DNA from: an uncultured Clostridia bacterium
GTDB lineage: Bacteria > Bacillota > Clostridia > TANB77 > CAG-508
Assembly (NCBI GenBank): GCA_944387435.1
Contig: CALXEW010000003.1
Span: 15,777-79,776 of the forward strand
Length of the DNA: 64,000 nt
Direction: 5' to 3'
Below are positions 9,494-18,820 of this stretch, in pieces (positions within the stretch are counted from its first letter, which is position 1; each line of letters starts with the position of its first letter). A program made the position numbers and the translations under genes. The notes beneath the pieces are model-generated. The model worked only from the letters and a program-made list of their open reading frames with translations, did not search any database and was not told where the DNA came from.

Positions 9494-10786
9494 ATGAATT
9501 ATTCAAAAGAAAAAAATAGAGGAATTACATTAATTGCATTAGTGATAACTATAATTGTTCTACTAATTTTAGTTGGAGTTTCAATTGTAATGCTAACAGG
9601 AGAAAACAGAATACTTACACAAGTACAAAAAGCAAAAGAAGAAACAGATTTATCAACCGCAAAGGAAATAATTGAAATATCAATAATTGGAAGTTATGAT
9701 AATTCTGGTAAACTAAGTTTAGATAAATTTAAAACAGAAATACAAAACCAAGGTGGAACTGTAACTGGTAATACATTTCCAGTAATAGTAAATATAAAAG
9801 ATTATGAAACTGCTGTAAATGCTAACGGAAACACAATGGAAATTAAAGAAATTGACAAAATAACAGGAAATGAAGATAATAATATATTAACAGAAGATAG
9901 TTTAGGAAATCAAATAATTGTACCTTCAGGATTTAAGGTATTAAATCCTAGTGATAATGTAACAGATGGAATAATAATTCAAGATGTAAGTCATACTGAA
10001 ACAATAGGTAGTGAATTTGTATGGATTCCACTTGGAGATATAAAAATAGATAAAGAAGGAAATACTAAAACAGTAACATTAAATAGGTATACATTTGATG
10101 AGAACGGAAAAGAAACAGCTAGAAATAACGAACCAATTATACAACCAGAAGAAAATGCTGTTTCAGAAGGGATTTATAATAATCAAGAATTAGAAAAATC
10201 AGATAAAGGAAATATAACTGCAATAAATATAGAAGATTTTAAAAATGATAGTACAATTAACAAAGGGTATTATATAGGAAGATATGAAGCCAGAACATCA
10301 GTTGAACGAAAAAATGGAAATGACATTTTAACATCGTTAACAATAAAACCTAGTGAATATATTTATAATTATATAACTCAGTCTCAAGCTGCAACATTAA
10401 GTAGAAATATGTATAATGATAATAATTTCACAAGTGATTTAATAAATAGTTATGCGTGGGATACTTCAATAGTATTTTTCCAAACATTTGATAATAGAGA
10501 AAATAATGTAATACCATATTCAAGGCAAAAGAGTTTAAATAATGACATTTTAGCACCCAAAGGAACTAATGATTTAGTTACAAAAGATGTTATATGTAAT
10601 GTATATGATATAGCAAGTAATTGCTTTGAATGGACAACAGAAACTTGTTACAAGCCAGATAGTCCTTGTGTTCGTAGAGGAGGTAATTTTAGAAAAAGTT
10701 ATTTCTATGCTTCTGTACGTGGTGATTGGGGAATTACAAATAATAGTGATGTTTATTCATTCCGTCCTATTTTATATTTAAAATAA
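9494..10786 (+). CDS. Pilin-like (class III signal) N-terminus fused to an FGE-sulfatase/SUMF1-like domain
   Basis: N-terminus KNRGITLIALVITIIVLLILVGVSIVMLTGENRILTQVQKAKEE. C-terminus NVYDIASNCFEWTTE...RRGGNF...SFRPILY resembles the FGE-sulfatase motifs (GNVWEWT, RGGS, GFR). Confidence 0.8.
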   Translation: MNYSKEKNRGITLIALVITIIVLLILVGVSIVMLTGENRILTQVQKAKEETDLSTAKEIIEISIIGSYDNSGKLSLDKFKTEIQNQGGTVTGNTFPVIVNIKDYETAVNANGNTMEIKEIDKITGNEDNNILTEDSLGNQIIVPSGFKVLNPSDNVTDGIIIQDVSHTETIGSEFVWIPLGDIKIDKEGNTKTVTLNRYTFDENGKETARNNEPIIQPEENAVSEGIYNNQELEKSDKGNITAINIEDFKNDSTINKGYYIGRYEARTSVERKNGNDILTSLTIKPSEYIYNYITQSQAATLSRNMYNDNNFTSDLINSYAWDTSIVFFQTFDNRENNVIPYSRQKSLNNDILAPKGTNDLVTKDVICNVYDIASNCFEWTTETCYKPDSPCVRRGGNFRKSYFYASVRGDWGITNNSDVYSFRPILYLK

Positions 10787-10865
10787 AATACCAAAAACTT
10801 AACATAGAAAAAGATGTATAAATTATATATTTAAAATTTATACATCTTTTTATTTATATATCTGC

Positions 10866-10892
10866 TGTTTTTTGACCCCGTCCCAAAAAACA
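10866..10892 (-). repeat. REP-like palindromic 3'-end element, copy B
   Basis: Plus strand reads TGTTTTTTGACCCCGTCCCAAAAAACA, 3 nt after the cadA-like stop. On the gene sense strand it reads T6-GGGACGGGGTC-A6. Confidence 0.85.
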
Positions 10893-10895
10893 ACA

Positions 10896-12734
10896 TTATT
10901 TTACTTTCAATGCTCTTAATGAATTTATTATTGCAAGTACTGATACTCCCACATCTGCAAAAACTGCTTCCCACATAGTTCCTATTCCAAATGCTGTTAA
11001 TATTAAAACTAATACTTTAACTGCTATTGCAAATATGATATTTTGTTTTACTATTCTCATTGTCTTTTTAGAAATCTTGATTGCAGTTCCTATTTTTGAT
11101 GGTTCATCTGTCATAATGACTACATCTGCTGCTTCTATTGCTGCATCTGAACCAAGTCCTCCCATTGCAACACCAATATCTGAAATTGCTAAGACTGGAG
11201 CATCATTTATACCATCTCCTACAAATACTAACTTCCCTTTTTCAGATTTATCTTTCATTAACTCTTCTACTTTTTCGACTTTTCCATCTGGTAATAATTC
11301 TGTATATACCTTATCTAAACCTAATTCATTTGCAACACTTTCTCCTACTTGCTTTTTATCTCCTGTAAGCATTACTGTTTCTTTAATGTTATTTGCCTTT
11401 AATTCTTTTATAGCTTTAAAAGAATCTTCCTTTATCTTATCTGCAATTAATATATATCCTGCATATTTATTATCAATTGCAACATAGAGAATTGTTCCTA
11501 TTTCATTACAAGGAGTATAAGAAATATTCTTTTCTTCCATTAATTTATCATTTCCAATCAAAACTTCTCTTCCTTCTACATTTGAAGATACTCCCCTACC
11601 TGCTAATTCCTCTGTTTTTAAAATACTACTTTGATTTATTTCCTTATTATATGCTTTTCTTAATGATAGTGAAATTGGATGATTTGAGTTACTTTCAGCA
11701 TATGCTGCATATTTTAATAATTCTTCTTTAGATATTCCATTTGCTTCTACTTTTTGTACTTCAAAAACACCTTCTGTTAATGTACCTGTTTTATCAAAAA
11801 CAACTATTTCTGTATTCGCTAAAGCTTCTAAATAATTACTTCCTTTAACTAAAATTCCTGTTTTAGATGCTCCTCCAATTCCTCCAAAGAATCCTAGTGG
11901 TATTGATATTACTAAAGCACAAGGGCAAGACACAACTAAGAATGTTAAAGCACGATATAACCATTCTGTAAATTCTCCTAAGTTTAGTACAAATGGTGGG
12001 ATAATTGCAAGAAGTACTGCTATTATAACTACAATTGGTGTATAATATTTTGCAAATTTAGTTATAAAGTTTTCTGATTTAGATTTTTTACTACTTGCAT
12101 TTTCTACTAAGTCTAATATTTTGCTTACAGTAGATTCTCCAAATTCTTTTTCTACTTTTATAGTAAGTAATCCATTTTCGTTAATACAACCACTTAGTAC
12201 TTCATCTCCAACAGTTACTTCTTTAGGAATTGACTCTCCTGTTAATGCTGATGTATCTATCATGGAACTACCTTCTACTATCATTCCATCTAAAGGTATC
12301 TTTTCACCTGGTTTTACAACTATGTTTTCCCCAACTTTTACATCTTCTGGGGATATTTTTTCTACTTTTCCATTACGTTTTACAAAAGCTATATCTGGTC
12401 TTATATCCATAAGGCTTGTAATTGATTTTCTTGATTTATCTACTGCATAATCTTGGAATAATTCTCCTACTTGGTAAAATAACATAACAGCAACAGCTTC
12501 TGGAAATTCTCCAATAACAAAAGCACCAATTGTCGCTATCGCCATTAAAAAATGCTCATCAAATACCTTTCCTCTAAATATATTTCTAATAGCCTTCCAT
12601 ACAATTTCTAATCCAACTATTAAATAAGCAATTATATAAAGTCCTTTATTTATTAAATCGTTTTCAAAAGGAACGGCCATTGCTACTAAGAAAAGAATAA
12701 ATGAAATTATTATTTGTATTAAGCTCTTCTTCAT
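10896..12734 (-). CDS. cadA: Heavy-metal (Cd/Zn/Co-type) P1B-type ATPase without a fused metal-binding domain
   Basis: CPC motif VSCPCALVISIPL, phosphorylation site DKTGTLT, hinge GDGINDAP. Start set at MKKSLIQII (ATG 12734) behind a perfect TAAGGAGGA RBS. Confidence 0.9.
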   Translation of the reverse strand: MKKSLIQIIISFILFLVAMAVPFENDLINKGLYIIAYLIVGLEIVWKAIRNIFRGKVFDEHFLMAIATIGAFVIGEFPEAVAVMLFYQVGELFQDYAVDKSRKSITSLMDIRPDIAFVKRNGKVEKISPEDVKVGENIVVKPGEKIPLDGMIVEGSSMIDTSALTGESIPKEVTVGDEVLSGCINENGLLTIKVEKEFGESTVSKILDLVENASSKKSKSENFITKFAKYYTPIVVIIAVLLAIIPPFVLNLGEFTEWLYRALTFLVVSCPCALVISIPLGFFGGIGGASKTGILVKGSNYLEALANTEIVVFDKTGTLTEGVFEVQKVEANGISKEELLKYAAYAESNSNHPISLSLRKAYNKEINQSSILKTEELAGRGVSSNVEGREVLIGNDKLMEEKNISYTPCNEIGTILYVAIDNKYAGYILIADKIKEDSFKAIKELKANNIKETVMLTGDKKQVGESVANELGLDKVYTELLPDGKVEKVEELMKDKSEKGKLVFVGDGINDAPVLAISDIGVAMGGLGSDAAIEAADVVIMTDEPSKIGTAIKISKKTMRIVKQNIIFAIAVKVLVLILTAFGIGTMWEAVFADVGVSVLAIINSLRALKVK

Positions 12735-12744
12735 AATATCCTCC

Positions 12745-12963
12745 TTAATTTTCATCAACCTTAACATCTGGTTCTTCTCTTTTTACTACCTTTTTTATTT
12801 TCTTAAATATTTCTTCATCTTCACTACTAATTTCCACAGTCATCTTCTGTGTCATAAAACTAACAGATACATCTTCTACTCCATCTATCTTTTTTACATG
12901 TTCTTCTATTTTAGCTGCACAATTTGCACAGTCTAATCCTTTTAATTTAAAACTTTTTTTCAT
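12745..12963 (-). CDS. Stand-alone heavy-metal-associated (HMA) domain protein / metallochaperone
   Basis: GLDCANCAAKIE metal-binding motif. 72 aa. Its stop lies inside the RBS of the ATPase gene. Confidence 0.85.
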   Translation of the reverse strand: MKKSFKLKGLDCANCAAKIEEHVKKIDGVEDVSVSFMTQKMTVEISSEDEEIFKKIKKVVKREEPDVKVDEN

Positions 12964-12975
12964 AAAATCACCTTC

Positions 12976-13335
12976 CTATTTATGTTCTATATGTTCAATT
13001 CCTAATTCAAATAAGCCTCTTACGTGGTCATCATCAATTGTATAATATACTTCTTTTCCCTGTCTTCTACATTTTACGATACTCATTCTTCTTAATGTTC
13101 CAAGTTGATGTGATATAGATGATTTACTCATACCTAATACATTTGCAATATCACATACACACATTTCATTTTGGTCTAATGCAAATAATATTTTTGCTCT
13201 TGTTGTATCACCTAAAATCTTAAAGAACTCTGCTAATTTATTAAATAAATCATCTTCTGGCATTTTGCTTAATGTATCTTTTACAATATCTTCATGGATT
13301 ATATTACAATCACATATAAATTCATTTTTTGACAT
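12976..13335 (-). CDS. ArsR/SmtB-family metalloregulator (CadC-like)
   Basis: EMCVCDIANVLGMSKSSISHQLGTLRRMSIV (wHTH with a CVC metal site). Start at MSKNEF with AAAGGAGA RBS. Confidence 0.88.
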   Translation of the reverse strand: MSKNEFICDCNIIHEDIVKDTLSKMPEDDLFNKLAEFFKILGDTTRAKILFALDQNEMCVCDIANVLGMSKSSISHQLGTLRRMSIVKCRRQGKEVYYTIDDDHVRGLFELGIEHIEHK

Positions 13336-13402
13336 AACTTTTTTCTCCTTTCTAATCAATTATATGTATAGATAATTGAATAAATGTTCAACTGTTACTT
13401 AT

Positions 13403-13432
13403 ATTATAGTTGAGTACTTACTCAATTGTCAA
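13403..13432 (-). promoter_or_regulatory. cad operon promoter with operator palindrome between -35 and -10
   Basis: Minus strand: TTGACA (13432-13427), 18-nt spacer, TATAAT (13408-13403). The spacer holds the 7-2-7 palindrome TTGAGTA-CT-TACTCAA (13410-13425). A second palindrome, TTGAA-N6-TTCAA, is at 13376-13391. Confidence 0.65.
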
Positions 13433-13460
13433 TAGTTTTTATAAAAATTCACACAAAAAA

Positions 13461-13480
13461 TACATCTCTTTCAAGATGCA
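13461..13480 (-). terminator. Intrinsic terminator
   Basis: Minus strand: TGCATCT-TGAAAG-AGATGTA followed by TTTTTTG. Confidence 0.7.
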
Positions 13481-13490
13481 TTTCTTTTAT

Positions 13491-13521
13491 GATGCTTTTT
13501 GACCCCGTCCCAAAAAACATC
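13491..13521 (-). repeat. REP-like palindromic 3'-end element, copy C
   Basis: GATGCTTTTTGACCCCGTCCCAAAAAACATC, between the stop codon (13531) and the terminator. Confidence 0.85.
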
Positions 13522-13530
13522 AACACATAT

Positions 13531-14466
13531 TTACATACCTAATAATTTTAATTCAACATTTCCCATTTTGTATTTACCATCTACTAATTTAAATTCTACT
13601 AGAGTATTTTCAAGAGTTTCCTCATTTTGTCTTAAATCAGTTGTAAAATATAATTTTATTTGAGGTATTTCTACTTGATTTGTTACAATTTCCTTGAAAG
13701 TCTCTGCCATATGTCTTTCATCTTCACAAACAAGTATTAACTGTGGCATACCTGAAAATCCAGAATCACCTGGAACAAAGTTTTCATAAAAATCTTTATA
13801 TAATTTCATCTTTTCAACTAATTTTTTTTCCCAGTCAAGTTCTCTTCTAATAACTTCAAATACAAATTGAATAGATTTTTTATTTTTAGTAAGTTTTACA
13901 CTACCACCAGACGCTTTAAATACTTTACCTACAACTTTTGCTGTTAATGTTGGTTTTACAGTAAATTCATCAAATGCCTTTACTTTTCTTAAATAAGCAA
14001 TTAGAATTTGGTTTCCTGCTAGTCTTTTCTTAATCATAGCTACTGGTTTTGTGTTATCAGATGGTTGCCACTTACATTCTTTTTCTTGAGAAGTTAATAG
14101 GTATTTACCCATTTTTTCCATACAATAAATACGATAAATCCCTTTACCTTCTTCTGAATTAAAGTAATATCTAGTTAAAATTTTTGATTTTACTAGTTGC
14201 TCTAATTTATTATTTAATTTATCTTGAGTTTTAATTTCAACGCCTTTTATCTCTAACATTTGAAAAATTTGTCTTGATGTTATAAATTCAAATTCATTAA
14301 CTAAATCCAAAATAGCAAAATGAATCTCATTAATATGCCCAATATTTATTTTGTGTACAATTTGATTCATTGAGACATATCCATCTTTACCATCAAATGT
14401 TTTTATTTCTCCTTCTCTAATCGCAAATGGTGATACTTTAGTTTTTATTTCTTGATCTTCTACCAT
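13531..14466 (-). CDS. Hypothetical protein with an N-terminal winged-helix segment, resembling replication-relaxation family proteins
   Basis: INEIHFAILDLVNEFEFITSRQIFQML...KLEQLVKSKILTRYYF...GIYRIYCMEKMGKYLL matches the general pattern of that family. Start set at MVEDQEI behind GAGGAGGAAGG. Confidence 0.45.
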   Translation of the reverse strand: MVEDQEIKTKVSPFAIREGEIKTFDGKDGYVSMNQIVHKINIGHINEIHFAILDLVNEFEFITSRQIFQMLEIKGVEIKTQDKLNNKLEQLVKSKILTRYYFNSEEGKGIYRIYCMEKMGKYLLTSQEKECKWQPSDNTKPVAMIKKRLAGNQILIAYLRKVKAFDEFTVKPTLTAKVVGKVFKASGGSVKLTKNKKSIQFVFEVIRRELDWEKKLVEKMKLYKDFYENFVPGDSGFSGMPQLILVCEDERHMAETFKEIVTNQVEIPQIKLYFTTDLRQNEETLENTLVEFKLVDGKYKMGNVELKLLGM

Positions 14467-14485
14467 TTTCCTTCCTCCTCTTGTT

Positions 14486-15286
14486 CTATACAATAAGTAA
14501 TTTTACTTTTTTTCTATTATAATCTATCTTCTTTATATAAACATCTACATCTTGTCCATATTCCAAACCGTCTTCATATTCTGCCATTCCAACTAAGTTA
14601 GGTGTAAGTTCTATAAAAATACCGTTTTTATTTTTCTCTGTTTCTCTTACTTTTCCTCTAACTTTACTTCCTGTTTTAAACTTTGAAGCATTTTCTTCCC
14701 ATGAACCCAATAATTCTTTATATGATAAAATTACTTTTCCTTGCTCTCTATTTATAGATTTTACCACAACTTCAAGCTTTTGTCCAATTTTCAATCTTTC
14801 ATAGGGTGATTTTATCCTTGCGATAGATAAATCTTCAATGTGAACTAACCCAACAATTCCTCCACCTATTTCAATAAAAGCTCCATATGGTTTTATGTTT
14901 TTTACTATTCCATCTACCTTTTGTCCTATTTTTAAATCATTTTTAACCCAGTTGATTGCTTCTTTTTGAACTTGTTTTCTAGACAATATTAATTCATTAT
15001 CTTCTATATCTTTTATTTTGAACTGTACAAATTTGTGCACCTTTCCTATACATAAATTTTCCCTTGGAAGCCCGTCTTCTTCTGTCTTTATAGCCTCTAC
15101 CTCTTCACGTGGTATTTTACCTACTAATCCATTTTCAAAGTTCACATATAAATTATAATCATCATCACAACTTTTTACTAATCCTTGTATAGTTTTATTA
15201 TTTTCCATATAAATTTTAAAATTATCTCTATCTAATTTTGTAATCTCATTATTCCATCCTTCTGGCTCAAATTTTAATGTATTCAT
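14486..15286 (-). CDS. S1 RNA-binding domain protein (multiple S1/OB repeats)
   Basis: GQKVDGIVKNIKPYGAFIEIGGGIVGLVHIEDLS...KIGQKLEVVVKSINREQGKVILSYK is a canonical S1 motif. Further S1-like repeats flank it. Confidence 0.85.
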   Translation of the reverse strand: MNTLKFEPEGWNNEITKLDRDNFKIYMENNKTIQGLVKSCDDDYNLYVNFENGLVGKIPREEVEAIKTEEDGLPRENLCIGKVHKFVQFKIKDIEDNELILSRKQVQKEAINWVKNDLKIGQKVDGIVKNIKPYGAFIEIGGGIVGLVHIEDLSIARIKSPYERLKIGQKLEVVVKSINREQGKVILSYKELLGSWEENASKFKTGSKVRGKVRETEKNKNGIFIELTPNLVGMAEYEDGLEYGQDVDVYIKKIDYNRKKVKLLIV

Positions 15287-15337
15287 TTGTTAATTCTCCT
15301 TTTATCTTATGTTTATCTTATTATATATATAATATAT

Positions 15338-16069
15338 TTATTTTTCAACATTTTGATTTAAAATTTTATTTACTTCTTCTTTGCTCAAGTATCTCCATTT
15401 TCCTAAACTTAAATCTTTTACTCCTATCCCTGCAATCTTACTTCTATGTAATGCTAAAACTTTATGTCCAATTGCTTCACACATTTTTCTTACTTGTCTA
15501 TTTTTTCCTTCATGAATTGTTATTTCTAATCTTGATTGACTTTTTTCTTCATCTGTTTTTAAGATTTTTACTTTGGCTTCTTTAGTTATATAATCATCAA
15601 TCCTAATACCTTTTCTTAATCTTTCTACTTCTTTATCTGTTACAATTCCTTTTATTGTAACTGTATAAGTTTTTTCAATCTCATGTTTTGGGTGTGTTAC
15701 TTGGTATACAAAGTCCCCATCATTTGTTAGAATTAACACTCCTGAAGTATACATATCAAGTCTTCCTACCGGAACTACTCTTTCTTTTACTTTTACTAAA
15801 TCCATTACAGAATCTCTATCAAATTGGTCTTTTGCTGTTGTTACATATCCTATTGGTTTATTTAAAAGAATATAAACATGCTCCTCTTCTACTTTTACCT
15901 CTTTCCCATTATATACAACTTTATCTTTACTTGGATTTATTTTTGTTCCAAGTTCTGCAATAACTTCTCCATTTACACTAATTTTTCCACTTGTAATTAA
16001 CTCTTCTGCTTTTCGTCTTGAAGCTATCCCACAATTTGCTAAATATTTTTGTAATCTTACTTCTTCCAT
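15338..16069 (-). CDS. rluB: rRNA pseudouridine synthase, RsuA/RluB family
   Basis: S4 domain RLQKYLANCGIASRRKAEELI and catalytic GRLDMYTSGVLILTNDG. Confidence 0.88.
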   Translation of the reverse strand: MEEVRLQKYLANCGIASRRKAEELITSGKISVNGEVIAELGTKINPSKDKVVYNGKEVKVEEEHVYILLNKPIGYVTTAKDQFDRDSVMDLVKVKERVVPVGRLDMYTSGVLILTNDGDFVYQVTHPKHEIEKTYTVTIKGIVTDKEVERLRKGIRIDDYITKEAKVKILKTDEEKSQSRLEITIHEGKNRQVRKMCEAIGHKVLALHRSKIAGIGVKDLSLGKWRYLSKEEVNKILNQNVEK

Positions 16070-16079
16070 TTTCCCTCCA

Positions 16080-17009
16080 TTAGTGAGACAAAAAAGGCCC
16101 GTCCCCCAACTGTCTCAAAATCTCTTTAAAATAGTCTGGTAATTCTGCTTCTATGGTCATTTCTTTTCCTGTTGTCGGGTGTTTAAACTTTAACCTTTTT
16201 GCATGAAGACATTGTCCAACTACTCCCCATTTATTTTTTCCATTAGAATACGTAGTATCTCCAATTACAGGATAACCAATATGAGCTAAATGTACTCTTA
16301 TTTGATGTGTTCTTCCTGTTTCTATTTTTACTTCTAATAAAGTACAATTATTCCTTGGAAATCTTTCTAATACTTTAAAGTTTGTTATTGCAATTTTACC
16401 ATCCTTTTCAACAGCCATCTTTTTTCTGTCATTCTTATTTCTTCCTATTGGCATATTAATTGTTGCTTCATTTTCTTTTACTATTCCTCTAACTAATGCA
16501 ATATAAGTTTTTTCTACTTCGTGATTTTTTATTTGTTCACTTAAATTTATATGTGCTTTATCATTTTTAGCAACAACAATTACCCCTGATGTATCTTTAT
16601 CTAATCTATGAACAATTCCTGGTCTTATTTCTCCTCCTATTCCTGATAAAGAATCTTTGCAAATATTCATTAAGGAATTTACTAAAGTTCCATCTGGATT
16701 TCCGTTTCCAGGGTGTACAACTAATCCTTTTGGTTTATTTACAACTATTATATCGCTATCTTCATAAAGTATTTCAATTGGTATATTTTGTGCTTTCAAC
16801 TCTACCTCTTTAGGTTCTTCTTTCTCTAATGTTACTTTATCATTTTCTTGTACTTTATAAGATGCTTTTATTTTTTTACCATTTACTAATATTTTTTCTT
16901 CTTTTATTAATCTTTGAATTGTAACTCTAGATAGTTCTTCATCTTTTTTTGCTAAATAACTATCTATTCTATTTCCTTCATATTCTTTTTCTACTATAAA
17001 TATTTTCAA
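16080..17009 (-). CDS. rluD: 23S rRNA pseudouridine synthase, RluA/RluD family
   Basis: HRLDKDTSGVIVVAKN catalytic motif, N-terminal S4-like domain, GRTHQIRVHLA. Confidence 0.9.
   Translation of the reverse strand: MKIFIVEKEYEGNRIDSYLAKKDEELSRVTIQRLIKEEKILVNGKKIKASYKVQENDKVTLEKEEPKEVELKAQNIPIEILYEDSDIIVVNKPKGLVVHPGNGNPDGTLVNSLMNICKDSLSGIGGEIRPGIVHRLDKDTSGVIVVAKNDKAHINLSEQIKNHEVEKTYIALVRGIVKENEATINMPIGRNKNDRKKMAVEKDGKIAITNFKVLERFPRNNCTLLEVKIETGRTHQIRVHLAHIGYPVIGDTTYSNGKNKWGVVGQCLHAKRLKFKHPTTGKEMTIEAELPDYFKEILRQLGDGPFLSH
16084..16117 (-). repeat. Variant GGGACGGG-containing palindromic element embedded in the rluD 3' end
   Basis: TGAGACA-AAAAAGGCCCGTCCCCCAAC-TGTCTCA, with 7-bp perfect outer arms. 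It encodes the last residues, LGDGPFLSH. Confidence 0.55.
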
Positions 17010-17036
17010 TGTTTTTGCCTCTTTCTATTAAAGTTT

Positions 17037-18728
17037 TTAATCTCCTACATCTTGAAGTCTTTCATAAACAACAAAATATCTATCACTGTATAATTCTTTA
17101 TAATTTGAATCATTAGTCTTTGTTATTATCATATTCATCTTTGAATTTTTATAAGTAATTACATGTGTTATATCATATTTCTCAAAAGTATCTTCATAAA
17201 AAGTTCCTATATTTGAAGTATTTATAAAATCCATAAATATATCATCTTTTTTTCCGCTAAATTCCGGGGCATATAAATCTGCTCTAGAATCTATAAATAC
17301 TGGTATTCCTCTAAAGAGCATATAACTTCCATAATTATATTCATTATAGAATCTTGCTTTTCCTAAATCTATATTTTCTATTATATAATCACATGCCTGT
17401 ACTGGATATGCTGTTTCGTCTATATAGTTATCATCAAACTTATCTTTTGCCATATAATAACTAAATCCTATCATTACTACTGAAATTGCCACTATTCCAA
17501 AGGCTTTTGTTATCTTTTCTACTGCCTTTTCTATGCTCTCTTTAGTATATATTCTAGTCAACTCTACTAACATCCTATTTAATATTATTGAACAAATCAA
17601 AGCAAACATTGTAACTTGTCTTTTAGTAGCAAGCATTAAATAACATAATCCTCCAATCATAAATAAATCACATAGTCTTACTTTTACTTTTGTGAATATC
17701 ATTATTGCCAAGAATAATATAAGTGTACAAATTACGTCTGTATCATCTGCAAGTGTCATTGGTAAATGTTCATTTATATTTTGGGTAGTATTTCCCTCCA
17801 TTGTTTTAAATAGATACGTATATGGAGCATTTCCTATTGGCGTTAATAATCCTGTAAACAAACATATTATAAATATCAAAATTAGCCATTTTGTCGCATC
17901 CTTTTTTGCTAATTTCAATTTATATGGATTTTGTAATTCCTTTGTCCTTTTTACTTTTACCTTATCAATATTTTCTAATAATACTTTTAGCTCTTTATTT
18001 AATTTGTCTACTTTTTCCTTGTTCTCATTTTTCTTAGACAATAACTTAATTTTAAATTTTAATATTTTTACTTCTGATTTTCTATATATAATATTTTCAG
18101 ATATGCTTGCAATTATATATTCAGCTATATATGGTAAATATAATACAAAATAGAATGGAAATACCGCTGTATGTAAATTTGCAATAAGTATAGGAATTAT
18201 TATTAATCCAATTACATATCTCTTCTTTTTTGTATCTAAGAATTTTTCAATAAAATATATTGTCCATACAAATAATATAAATGTAACTAATTGGGCCCTT
18301 GCTGTAATATATCCTCTTATTAAATACATTACACCTATTGTTAATAAAAACGAAAATAACTGATTTTTGCAAAGTTTCTTATTTACAGTATAAATAGATA
18401 ATCCTAATATTATAGACAATACACAAGTCACAATATATATACCCGTCATTCCAAATGTATTGTATATTAAATATGTGAGTAAATCATATAGCCAATGTGG
18501 GTATGTATATGATAAATTCTCATGCCAAGAAAATGGGTCTTGCATATCTATACCATCATTTGCAATATGTTCTCCTATTTTTATTGTATAAAATGTATCA
18601 TTTTGCAATGTTACTGGTGTAAGAGCAACACAAAAAATAGCAATTAACACTACTGCTATTATTGTAAATTTAGTAGTTGACTTCATCTTTTCTTTTTTAT
18701 CTTTATTTCTAATTAGCTGTTTTTCCAT
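17037..18728 (-). CDS. Large polytopic membrane protein (possible GT-C type glycosyltransferase)
   Basis: 563 aa with many hydrophobic helices and a soluble C-terminal region. No diagnostic motif recognised. Confidence 0.6.
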   Translation of the reverse strand: MEKQLIRNKDKKEKMKSTTKFTIIAVVLIAIFCVALTPVTLQNDTFYTIKIGEHIANDGIDMQDPFSWHENLSYTYPHWLYDLLTYLIYNTFGMTGIYIVTCVLSIILGLSIYTVNKKLCKNQLFSFLLTIGVMYLIRGYITARAQLVTFILFVWTIYFIEKFLDTKKKRYVIGLIIIPILIANLHTAVFPFYFVLYLPYIAEYIIASISENIIYRKSEVKILKFKIKLLSKKNENKEKVDKLNKELKVLLENIDKVKVKRTKELQNPYKLKLAKKDATKWLILIFIICLFTGLLTPIGNAPYTYLFKTMEGNTTQNINEHLPMTLADDTDVICTLILFLAIMIFTKVKVRLCDLFMIGGLCYLMLATKRQVTMFALICSIILNRMLVELTRIYTKESIEKAVEKITKAFGIVAISVVMIGFSYYMAKDKFDDNYIDETAYPVQACDYIIENIDLGKARFYNEYNYGSYMLFRGIPVFIDSRADLYAPEFSGKKDDIFMDFINTSNIGTFYEDTFEKYDITHVITYKNSKMNMIITKTNDSNYKELYSDRYFVVYERLQDVGD

Positions 18729-18820
18729 AAATGTCTCCTTTTAATAAAAATTCTGATTTTTATTATAACATAAAAAAGTTCCAAAAGACTAGCTTTTTGA
18801 AACTTTTTTGAATTTTTATA

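Noticed and set aside
12734-12767. The overlap of the HMA ORF and the long cadA track ORF (12745-12767) as a frameshifted fusion gene
   Set aside because: A perfect TAAGGAGGA RBS followed by an ATG (12734) at ideal spacing gives a complete pump beginning MKKSLIQII. There is no CGG and no sign of frame disruption, so two coupled genes is the simpler reading.
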